From contig CAVTHT010000007.1 in NCBI GenBank assembly GCA_963734575.1, positions 224,549 through 288,548 on the forward strand: a stretch of 64,000 nt of DNA. Direction: 5' to 3'. This DNA is from an uncultured beta proteobacterium (lineage in GTDB: Bacteria; Pseudomonadota; Gammaproteobacteria; Burkholderiales; Casimicrobiaceae). Made by a program: the position numbers and the translations under genes. Below, piece by piece: positions 29,931 through 39,431 of the stretch. Under the pieces are notes generated by a model, which worked only from the letters and a program-made list of their open reading frames with translations, ran no database searches and was not told the DNA's origin. How positions within the stretch are numbered: the stretch's first letter is position 1; the number at the start of each line of letters is the position of its first letter.

Positions 29931-31690
29931 ATGCAGGCGACCCAGGACATGACGAGCGGCGGCCAAGCCAATGCCAGCGCCGAAGCGCAGGAAACCACCG
30001 GCTTCAATCTCGTCATCGAGGCCCTGAAGCTCAACGGCATCGACACGATCTTCGGCCTCCCCGGCATTCCGATCACGGACCTCACGCGCAAGGCACAGGC
30101 CGCCGGCCTGCGCGTGATCTCGTTCCGGCACGAGCAGAACGCCGGCTATGCCGCGTCGATCGCGGGCTTCCTGACGCAGAAGCCGGGCATCTGCCTGACC
30201 GTGTCGGCGCCGGGGTTCCTCAATGGCCTGACGGCCCTCGCCAATGCCACCACCAACTGCTTTCCGATGATCCTCATCAGCGGCTCCAGCGAGCGCGAGG
30301 TCGTCGACCTGCAGCAGGGCGACTACGAGGAAATGGACCAACTCGCGATCGCCAAGCCGTTGTGCAAGGCCGCGTTCCGCGTGCTGCACGCCGAGGACAT
30401 CGGCGTCGGAATCGCGCGTGCCATCCGCGCCGCGGTGTCCGGGCGTCCGGGCGGCGTCTACCTCGATCTTCCGGCCAAGCTGTTCCCGCAGGGCGTGGAT
30501 GCGGAAGCCGGCAAGCAGTCGCTCATCAAAGTGGTCGATCCGGCACCGCGCCAGATCCCCGCGCAGGATGCCGTGCAGCGTGCGGTCGACCTGCTGAAGA
30601 GCGCCAAGCGGCCGCTCATCATTCTCGGCAAGGGCGCCGCCTACGCCCAGGCCGACGACGACATTCGTGCGCTGGTCGAGAAGACCGGCATCCCGTACCT
30701 GCCCATGTCGATGGCGAAGGGCCTGCTGCCCGACAACCACGAGCAATCCGCTGCGGCCGCGCGCTCGTACGTGCTGCCCGAGGCCGACGTGGTGATGCTG
30801 ATCGGTGCGCGCCTCAACTGGCTGCTCTCGCACGGCAAGGGCAAGACATGGGGCGGCAGAGAGCACCAAGGCGTGGGGCGGTCAGAAATTCGTGCAGATC
30901 GACATCTCGCCGCAGGAGGCCGACAGCAACGTTCGCATCGATGCGCCCGTGGTCGGCGACATCGGTTCGTGCGTCGCCGCGCTGCTCGGCACGATCGGAA
31001 ACCAGTGGCCCAAGCCGCCGTCGGACTGGCTCGACGCGATCGCCGAGCGCAAGACCAAGAACGTCGCGCAAGATGGCCGAGACGCTCGCCAGGAATCCGT
31101 CGCCGATGAATTTCCACAGCGCGCTCAACGTGGTGCGCGACATCGTCAAGGCGAATCCCGATGCCATGCTGGTCAACGAAGGCGCCAATGCGCTCGACTT
31201 CACCCGCAGCATCGTCGACATGTACAAGCCGCGGCGGCGCGTCGACGTCGGCACCTGGGGCGTGATGGGCATCGGGATGGGCTTCTCCGTGGCGGCAGCG
31301 GTGGTCACGGGCCAGCCGGTGATCGCGATCGAAGGGGACAGCGCGTTCGGCTTCTCCGGGATGGAGTGCGAGACCATCTGCCGCTACAACCTGCCGGTGT
31401 GCGTCGTCATCATGAACAACAACGGCGTCTACCGCGGGGACGAGGTCAATCCTACGGGCGGCTCCGACCCTTCACCGCTGGTGTTCGTCAAGGACGCGCG
31501 TTACGAGAAGCTGATGGAGGCCTTCGGCGGCGTCGGCGTGCATGCGACGACGCCGGCTGAATTGCGCAAGGCGATGGAAGAAGCCGTCCGCTTGCGCAGG
31601 CCGACGCTCATCAATGCGGTGATCGACGAGGCCGCCGGCACCGAAAGCGGTCGCATCACGAGCCTCAATCCGACCGCGAAGAAGAAATGA
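29931..31690 (+). CDS. oxc: oxalyl-CoA decarboxylase (ThDP-dependent); two single-base frameshifts near 30860 and 31075
   Basis: ..[72 protein letters not shown].. then ..[22 protein letters not shown].. then ..[64 protein letters not shown]. Colinear with O. formigenes Oxc across three frames. Confidence 0.9.
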
Positions 31691-31793
31691 GCCGAAGGCG
31701 TTGCACACCTGCGGTGCAGTCGTAAGCTCCCCCTCCTGGTAGACAGCGATGACTGGACTTTTCTGGCAGGATTTTGCCTGGAGGGAGGGTCCA

Positions 31794-32060
31794 ATGAAGA
31801 AGTCCCGATTCACGGAGTCGCAGATCGTCGCGATTCTCAAAGAGGGAGAAGCCGGCGTCGCCGTCGCCCAGCTCACCCGGAAGCACGGGATCAGTGCCGC
31901 TACGTACTACCACTGGAAATCGAAATACGGTGGAGCTGCCGTGTCGGAGCTAAAGCGCCTGCGCGAACTCGAGGCCGAGAACGCGAAGCTCAAGCGCATG
32001 TATGCCGACCTGGCGCTCGAGAACACTGCGATCAAGGACGTGCTCAGCCGAAAAATCTGA
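31794..32060 (+). CDS. IS3-family transposase OrfA (HTH)
   Basis: MKKSRFTESQIVAILKEGEAGVAVAQLTRKHGISAATYYHWKSKYGG..leucine zipper. Confidence 0.8.
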   Translation: MKKSRFTESQIVAILKEGEAGVAVAQLTRKHGISAATYYHWKSKYGGAAVSELKRLRELEAENAKLKRMYADLALENTAIKDVLSRKI

Positions 32061-32896
32061 CGCCGTCAGCCAAGCGCGAAGTGATCCGGATCATGACCGC
32101 GGAACACGATCTGCCGATCGTTCGCGCTTGCCAGATTGCCCGGCTATCGCGGGCGGCGTACTACAAGCCGGGCGTCGACCGAATGGCGCGCGATGCCGAG
32201 GTGATCGTGGCCTTGCAGGCGATCGTCGTCGAAGAGCAGCGCTGGGGCTTCTGGAAGTGCCATGACCGGCTGCGTGCGCAAGGCTACGGCTGGAACCACA
32301 AGCGCGTGTGGCGGGTGTACTGCCAGCTTCGGCTTAACCTGCCGCGCCGCACCAAGCGACGTGTTCCCCAACGCGAACGGCAACCGCTGATCGTCGAGCC
32401 GCGTATGAATGCAGTCTGGGCGCTCGATTTCATGCGCGACACGCTCTACAGCGGTCGGGTGTTCCGAACCCTCAACGTCATCGACGAAGCCAACCGTGGT
32501 GCGCTGGGCATCGACATCGCCGTGAGCATCCCCGCGGCGCGCGTCATCACGTTTCTGGCGCAAATGATCGATCTGCACGGCCGCCCGGCAGCCATTCGCT
32601 GTGATAACGGCCCGGAGCTCACCAGCCAGACCTTCACCGACTGGTGCAAGGAGCAGGACATCGAGCTGCGCTTCATCCAGCCCGGCAAGCCAGACCAGAA
32701 CGCCTACATCGAACGATTCAACCGGACGTATCGCGAGGAGGTCCTGAGCGCCTACCTGTTCGACTCACTCGACGAGGTGCGTGAGATCACAGCGGACTGG
32801 ATCGAGCGCTACAACGAGATCCGTCCACACGACGCGCTGGGCAGCCTGCCGCCAGCGCGCTACCGCGAGCGTTTGCTCGGCGGAACTCCAGTTTAG
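32057..32896 (+). CDS. IS3-family transposase OrfB (DDE integrase core), expressed by -1 frameshift from OrfA
   Basis: ..WALDFMRDTLYSGRVFRTLNVIDEANRGALGI..IRCDNGPELTS..QPGKPDQNAYIERFNRTYREE.. is the rve domain. The -1 frame is continuous from ..NLTPSAKREVIRIMTAEHDL. Confidence 0.85.
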   Translation: MTPSAKREVIRIMTAEHDLPIVRACQIARLSRAAYYKPGVDRMARDAEVIVALQAIVVEEQRWGFWKCHDRLRAQGYGWNHKRVWRVYCQLRLNLPRRTKRRVPQRERQPLIVEPRMNAVWALDFMRDTLYSGRVFRTLNVIDEANRGALGIDIAVSIPAARVITFLAQMIDLHGRPAAIRCDNGPELTSQTFTDWCKEQDIELRFIQPGKPDQNAYIERFNRTYREEVLSAYLFDSLDEVREITADWIERYNEIRPHDALGSLPPARYRERLLGGTPV

Positions 32897-33746
32897 AACT
32901 GTCTACTTGACGGGGGAGCTTCAACCCATTTCATTCTGGTCTTTCCTTTGCGTCAGTGCGTCGCCCGGGTCGCAAGACGATGATGTACCTAATGGCCACA
33001 CTCACCATCGAGATTGGAACTGTTTACGCATTACCATCCGCGCCGGGCGAGGACGGGGTTGTTAGTCAACTCAGGATTGTTAAATGCCTTGCCGAGCGCA
33101 TGCACGTTGTTTTTTTCCAGTTCAGTCCACGCGTGGATCCGTTCCTCGGGCAGGTAGCGCCGGCCACGAAGCCCTTCCATCCGAGCGTCCCCAAACCGTT
33201 TTGAAACCAGCACGAATTGGATATAGATCTGTGGGGTAGTATGCCTGTCACGATTCAACATTACCGCCCGCGCTTCGTGAACGTGATTGATTTGGGTCAA
33301 TGAGGTTGATAATCCGCATGGACCTTGCGTGCATCCGTCGCGACAGTAGCACTCGTATCCGGATTTCCGACGGCACCCACCTTAAGAGTGTCCGGCGGCG
33401 GCTTTTCGATGCGGGGCTCGGCGCTAGCTGCGCTGCAAATTGGGAGGCGCCGGTCCCAACCACGTGGTCGAATCGTATTCAGTATCCGAATGAAACGAAA
33501 TCTGCGCTGAGTGTGTTGTCGTCAAGGCAGCGTGCAGGCGGTAACGACATGCGGCGTGCTTGACCGGGGCGTCAGCGAGGTATTAATGTTGGCGGCAAGA
33601 ACGCTTAGCGTGATGAGACTCAAGACACCATGCCAGGCGCGACAATCAACCGCGTTTGTCAAGCCAATCATATCGCTGACGAAACAGGAAAGTAGTCCCG
33701 AAACGTGGATGACGTTTGGCACGTCCGATTCTCACTGGAGCAAAGA

Positions 33747-34286
33747 ATGCGATTAGCCCTTATCACCGCGTTGTTGGTGATCGGAACCTGCACCGGCGCT
33801 GGCTCGGCGAGCGCGCAAACCGGGCAGCTCTTTAGTTGCATTCAAGGACCCGTTGGCGTGCCTACCATCGTAATTGCGCCGCCATCGCCTGATACCAATC
33901 AAGCGATATCAATCACAGTTTCGGCAGGCGACCACAGCTCGTCCCCGAATCAGGTTGTGGGCACTTCAGTCGCGGCGACGGTGAATGGCCAATCCATCGA
34001 CGTCACGATGAACGGGGCACTATTCAGTCCTGCGCCGCCTCACCTCACCGGCATGTGCGGACTGGTCACGCTGACAGCGTTGCCCGCTGGAACGTACACG
34101 ATCAACTTCTTGTTGGCCCTTCACCTCCCGGACCCGCCGGTTCTTGCAGCTTCCAGTACGCTGGTGGTATCGAACCAAGGAACATCCAGCCCACCGAACC
34201 CCATCCCCTCGTCCAATCCAATTTCGATTGCTGTTCTCGTTGGTATTCTCCTGCTCGTTGCTAGAAGTAGCCTGCGCACGCGGTGA
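33747..34286 (+). CDS. secreted hypothetical protein with C-terminal sorting-signal-like tail, encoded in a low-GC insert
   Basis: Signal peptide MRLALITALLVIGTCTGAGSASA/QTG. Ser/Thr/Pro-rich body. C-terminus ..NPIPSSNPISIAVLVGILLLVARSSLRTR is a motif, hydrophobic helix and basic cluster, reminiscent of PEP-CTERM / IPTL-CTERM sorting domains. Gene GC is ~55% versus ~70% in the host. Confidence 0.45.
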   Translation: MRLALITALLVIGTCTGAGSASAQTGQLFSCIQGPVGVPTIVIAPPSPDTNQAISITVSAGDHSSSPNQVVGTSVAATVNGQSIDVTMNGALFSPAPPHLTGMCGLVTLTALPAGTYTINFLLALHLPDPPVLAASSTLVVSNQGTSSPPNPIPSSNPISIAVLVGILLLVARSSLRTR

Positions 34287-34296
34287 GCATGATGCA

Positions 34297-34574
34297 GAGA
34301 GCGCGCCCGCCATCTGGCGCCGCCAAGACCTGCCGGGGAGCGTCGTCATCATGAACAACAACGGCGTCTACCGCGGCGACGAGGTCAATCCTACGGGCGG
34401 CTCCGACCCTTCACCGCTGGTGTTCGTCAAGGACGCGCGTTACGAGAAGCTGATGGAGGCCTTCGGCGGCGTCGGCGTGCATGCGACGACGCCGGCTGAC
34501 TTGCGCAAGGCGATGGAAGAAGCCATCCGCTCGCGCAGGCCGACGCTCATCAATGCGGTGATCGATGAGGCGGC
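34297..34574 (+). pseudogene. 3' fragment of a second, diverged oxalyl-CoA decarboxylase copy (oxc'), truncated upstream by the low-GC insert and interrupted downstream by an IS21-family element
   Basis: ~96% nucleotide identity to oxc 31395..31650 (..[78 protein letters not shown]). It ends exactly at the IS21 left terminus TGTCAGTGGG. Confidence 0.7.
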
Positions 34575-34649
34575 TGTCAGTGGGAATCCAATAATCCCCA
34601 GCTGTAGGAATTGAATTTTCCTCACCCATCCTCGATCAGGAGATCGCAG

Positions 34650-35966
34650 ATGGAAGGGACGCAAGAAGTGGCAGTGGAGGTCGCCGGTATCGTCGCCGTG
34701 CCCGAGGTGGGCGCGGAGATGCCGGTGATCAGCAAAGAACGGTGGGAGCAATTGCGGCGACTGCACGCGCTGGGGCAGTCGATCTCGCAGATCGCCCGCA
34801 CGGCGGGTTTGGACCGCAAGACGGTGCGCGCTGGCCTGCGTAAGCTCGAATGGGTGCCATACCAGCGGGCGCCGGTGGCTGAGACGCTGCTTTCGATCCA
34901 CCACGGGTGGCTAGTCGAGCGTGCTCCGCAGGTGAATTACTCGGCGCGGATTCTGTTCCAGGAACTGCGCGCGACGCGCGGCTACCAGGGCGGCTATGAC
35001 ACCGTGCGCAATGCCGTGCGCCCGCTGCGCCGGGAAGCCGCGGCGGCGTCGCTCACCCAGTGTCGGTTCGAGACGGAGCCGGGCGAGCAAGGCCAGGTGG
35101 ATTGGGGCCAGGTGCGTGTGCAATTCGCCAACGGTCCGGCGACGGTGCATGTGTTCGTGCTGACGCTTGGCTACTCGCGTCGAGCGTGGGCGGAGGGCTA
35201 CGAGAACGAGCGCATGGGTTCACTTCTGGCAGCGCACGAACACGCCTTCTCGCATTTCGGTGGTCGTCCCGCGGAGCTGCTCTACGACCGGATGCGCACC
35301 GTGACCATGAAGCCCGCCGCGGAGAAGGCGAAGTGGAATCCGACCTTCGAGAGCTTCTTCCGCCACTGGGGCTTCGAGCCGAGCGCTGTGCCGGCCGTAC
35401 CGGGCCCAGACCAAGGGCAAGGTCGAGTCGGGCGTGAAGTATGTCAAGCGCAACTTCATCCCGGCCGGGTGTTCGTCGATCTCGCCGACTTCAACGACCA
35501 ACTGGCGACCTGGCTCGGCGAGGTCGCCGACGTGCGCGTGCACGGCACCACGCATGAGCGGCCGATCGACCGCTTTGCGCGCGAAGCCGGCGCCCTGGTG
35601 CGCACCATCGACCAGCCAGCGTTCTTCCGGCGCTACAGCGGGAGCGGTGGTGGCCGACGACTGGCTGGTCAGCCATCGACGCCAACCGCTACTCGGTACC
35701 GTGGCGGCTCATTGGCAAGACGGTCGAGCGTGGTGCGGGTGGGCTCGAGCTGGCAGATCTCCCACGGCGGCGCGGTCGGTGGCCGAGCATCCGGTGCTCA
35801 CCGGTCGCGCATCAGGTGCTGGTCGATCCTGCCCACGGCCCCGGTGCAGTGGCGCGCAACGCTCGCACCCGCTTCAGTGCACCGCTCACCGGTTCATGCG
35901 GCCAACGACGTGCAGCGCAGTCGAAGTGCGCGACCTCGACGTCTATGAACAGCTGCTGGAGGTCGC

Positions 35967-35970
<4 letters not shown>
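34650..35970 (+). CDS. IS21 transposase IstA, at least 3-4 frameshifts
   Basis: HTH ..ISQIARTAGLDRKTVRAGL.. and DDE region ..GEQGQVDWGQVRVQFANGPATVHVFVLTLGYSRRAWAEGYENERMGSLLAAHEHAF.., then ..KGKVESGVKYVKRNFIP.., ..VHGTTHERPIDRF.. and ..VEVRDLDVYEQLLEVA are spread over three frames. Confidence 0.75.
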
Positions 35971-36749
<779 letters not shown>

Positions 36750-36808
36750 ACCGGGGTGAGGAGATTTCGATTCCTATGTCTGGGGAAATCTGGATTCCTG
36801 TTGACACG

Positions 36809-36867
36809 CGGCCGGCACCGAAAGCGGTCGCATCACGAGCCTCAATCCGAGCGCGAAGAAGAAGTAG
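36809..36867 (+). pseudogene. last ~19 codons of oxc' (..[18 protein letters not shown]) displaced by the IS21 insertion
   Basis: CGGCCGGCACCGAAAGCGGTCGCATCACGAGCCTCAATCCGAGCGCGAAGAAGAAGTAG matches the oxc 3' end with 3 substitutions. It continues the fragment that stops at 34574. Confidence 0.7.
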
Positions 36868-36905
36868 CTACGGCGGGCGGACGATCGCCCTTCGCGCTGT
36901 CGTGG

Positions 36906-37079
36906 GTCAGGCTTCAGCCTGACATGGGGCCGGCCGATGTCAGGCTGAAGCCTGACCCACAGCGCAATCCTCCGTTCGTGGTCAGGCTGAAGCCTGACTA
37001 CAGCGCTTGGCCGTTCGGCGTCAGGCTGAAGCCTGACCTACAGCGCATTCGGCCGTTCGTCGTCAGGCCGAAGCCCGAC
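36906..37079. repeat. tandem array of about four 41-bp units, each carrying the 17-bp palindrome TCAGGCTGAAGCCTGAC (5 hairpins, last degenerate); REP/BIME-like
   Basis: Hairpins at 36906-36923, 36940-36956, 36982-36998, 37021-37037 and 37063-37079. Inter-hairpin segments are mutually similar (YACAGCGCnnnnnnCCGTTCGnnG), so this is a tandem repeat, not CRISPR. The last unit overlaps the 3' end of the convergent qor gene. Confidence 0.8.
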
Positions 37080-38098
37080 CCACAGCCGGCTTCACCTCGA
37101 GCATGATCTTGCCGATGTGCTCGGACGATTCCATCAGCGCGTGTGCGGCCGCAGCCTCTTCAAGCGGGTAGACGCGGAAGATGACGGGCTTGAGGCGACC
37201 GGACGGAAAGAGCGGCCAGACGTGCTCGCGCAACGCCGCGGCGATCGCGACCTTCCGCGCAGCGGGGCTCGCGCGCAGCGTCGAGCCGGTCACCGTCAGG
37301 CGCTTCATCATGATGAAACGCCAGTCTGCCTCGACCTTGCTTCCCTGCAGGAAGGCGATGATGACGAGCCGGCCTTCGAGCGCGAGGCACTTGAGGTTCT
37401 TCTCGATGTAGTCGCCGCCGACCATGTCGAGGATGACGTTGACTCCCGCCTTGTCGGTGAGACGCGCCATCTCCTTCGCGAAGTCGCTCTGCCGGTAGTT
37501 GATGACATGGTCCGCGCCCATGCTGCGGCAGAACGCGGCCTTGTCGTCCTTGCCGACGGTCGTGTACACCGTCGCGCCCCACGCCTTCGCGAGCTGGATC
37601 GCGGTGAGACCGATGCCGCTCGAGCCGCCGTGGATCAGGATGCTCTCGCCGGGGGCGAGGCGTCCGCGCTCGAACACGTTGTGCCAGACGGTGAAGTAGT
37701 TCTCCGGCAGGCTCGCGGCTTCGAGCATCGAGAGCCCGTCGGGCAGCGGCAGGCAGAAGCCGGCCGGCGTCGTGCAGTACTCGGCATAGCCGCCGCCGGG
37801 AACGAGCGCGCACACCGCATCGCCGACGCGCCATTGCGTCACGTCGTCGCCGAGCGCGGCGATCGGTGCCTGCGACCTCGAGTCCGATCACGGGTGACGC
37901 GTCCGGCGGCGGCGGATAACCGCCGGCGCGCTGGATGCAATCCGGCCGATTCACGCCCGCATAGCGCACGGCGATCAGCACCTCTCCGGCGCGCGGCCGC
38001 GGCACCGGCATCTCCGCGAGCGCCAGCACGTCCGGTGGACCGGACTCGCGCGCGGCGATATAGCGCATCGTGGTCGGCAGTTCCTGCATCGCATTCAT
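37063..38098 (-). CDS. qor: NADPH:quinone oxidoreductase / zeta-crystallin-like Zn-independent MDR family; frameshift near 37860
   Basis: N-terminus MRYIAARESGPPDVLALAEMPVPRPRAGEVLIAVRYAGVNRPDCIQRAGGYPPPPDASPVIGLE (38098 frame). The remainder ..TQWRVGDAVCALVPGGGYAEYCTTPAG..GESILIHGGSSGIGLTAIQLAKAWGATVYTT.. is in the 37842 frame. Confidence 0.8.
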
Positions 38099-38351
38099 GA
38101 CATCGCTTCCCTGTTTACATCGCGCCAGCGATTGTACCGAGCGCTCGGCGGCCTCCCGGCAACGGCTCTGCGACTTCGCGCCGCGGTTGCAGCGCGCCCC
38201 GCTTGACAGCGGTCAACGCGTATGTTGCAGTGCAGCATCAGAATTCAGCAAGGCGTGAGCCAACGGGCGTGCGACCGACCGGGCACCGGTCTTGCGACGC
38301 ACAAAACACGGCGGGGGCCGCGACCGCCCGCGACCGACGAGGGAGCCGCAC

Positions 38352-39330
38352 ATGAAGATCGCGATCATCGGAGCTGGAGCCATCGGCGGATACGTCGGCG
38401 CGAAGCTCTCGCTCGCTGGCGATGAGGTGACGTTCGTTGCGCGTGGCGCCAATCTCGATGCGTTGCGCCTGCACGGAATGCGCCTGATCGAGGACGGCAA
38501 CGAGCGCGTGGCCAGGGACATCCGCGCGGTGGAACGGTGTGCCGCGGCGGGACCGCAGGACCTCGTGATCCTCGCCGTGAAGGCGCACCAGCTCGACGCG
38601 ATCGCGCCGGACGTCGTGCACCTGCTCGGGCGCGACACCGCGGTCGTCACCATGCAGAACGGCATCCCGTTCTGGTATTTCCATCGCCACGGTGGCGTGC
38701 TCGAAGGCACGCAGGTGCGCAGCGTGGATCCGACAGGGATGCTCGGCCGCCACGTCCCGCCGCAGCGCGTGATCGGCTGCGTGGTCTATCCCGCCTGCGA
38801 GCTCGCAGCGCCCGGTGTCGTCCGCCACGTGGAGGGCAACCGGTTCCCGCTCGGTGAGCTCGACGGCACCGTAACGGCGCGCGTGACGCGCATCGCGGAC
38901 GCGTTCACGGCCGCCGGCCTCAAGGCGCCGGTGCTGCGAGAACATCCGCGCCGAGATCTGGCTCAAGCTCTGGGGCAACCTGAGCTTCAACCCGATCAGC
39001 GCGCTCACGCGTTCCACGCTCGTGGACATCTGCCGCGACCCGCTGACGCGGGAGCTGACGCACGCGATGATGACGGAAGCCCAGGCGGTCGCGGGCAAGC
39101 TGGGCATCACGTTCCGCGTGCCCATCGACAAGCGCATCGCGGGCGCCGAAAAGGTCGGCGCCCACAAGACGTCGATGCTGCAGGACGTGGAAGCCGGACG
39201 CGAGCCGGAGATCGACGCGCTGCTCGGATCGGTGGTCGAGCTTGCGCGCCTCACCGAAACGCCGACGCCGCACCTCGACGCGGTGTTCGCGCTGACCAGG
39301 CGCCTTGCCGATGCTCTGGGCGAGATCGCA
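38352..39330 (+). CDS. panE: 2-dehydropantoate 2-reductase (ketopantoate reductase, PanE/ApbA family); frameshift near 38945; 3' boundary uncertain
   Basis: MKIAIIGAGAIGGYVGAKLSLAGDEVTFVARGANLDALRLHGMRLI..AVKAHQL.. then ..NIRAEIWLKLWGNLSFNPISALTRSTLVDI..KTSMLQDVEAGREPEIDALLGSVVELARL.. are colinear with PanE. Confidence 0.7.
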
Positions 39331-39431
39331 CGCACATCGGCCGGCGTGATCGATCTCGCAGCCGCACGGACCGCACCGGGAAACGGCGCGCGCCGCAGCG
39401 CTGCCGGTGCGCCGCACGAGACGACAGCGCG

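Larger units (their letters stand above)
31712..32934 (+). mobile_element. IS3-family insertion sequence (IS407/IS2-like), inserted 25 bp after the oxc stop
   Basis: Imperfect terminal inverted repeats TGCAGTCGTAAGCTCCCCC (left) and, reverse-complemented, TGAAATGGGTTGAAGCTCCCCC (right). OrfA and OrfB overlap in a -1 arrangement. Confidence 0.8.

Noticed and set aside
32956-33463. Several 60-90-aa ORFs in the low-GC insert (32956..33204 +, 33066..33251 -, 33248..33463 -)
   Set aside because: They are mutually overlapping, have no recognisable domains, and are probably non-coding. Only 33031..33300 (-) has weak transposase-C-terminus-like character, and even that is not confident enough to call.
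36906-37079. Possible CRISPR array (regularly spaced palindromic repeats)
   Set aside because: The spacers are mutually similar (the same ~24-bp sequence with point differences). The repeats are only 17 bp. No cas genes or leader are present. It is a tandem repeat of a 41-bp hairpin-containing unit.
36756-37106. ORF 36756..37106 (+) encoding repeated ..VRLKPD.. motifs
   Set aside because: It is simply the translation of the tandem palindromic repeat array. There is no start context, and it overlaps the oxc' tail and the qor stop.
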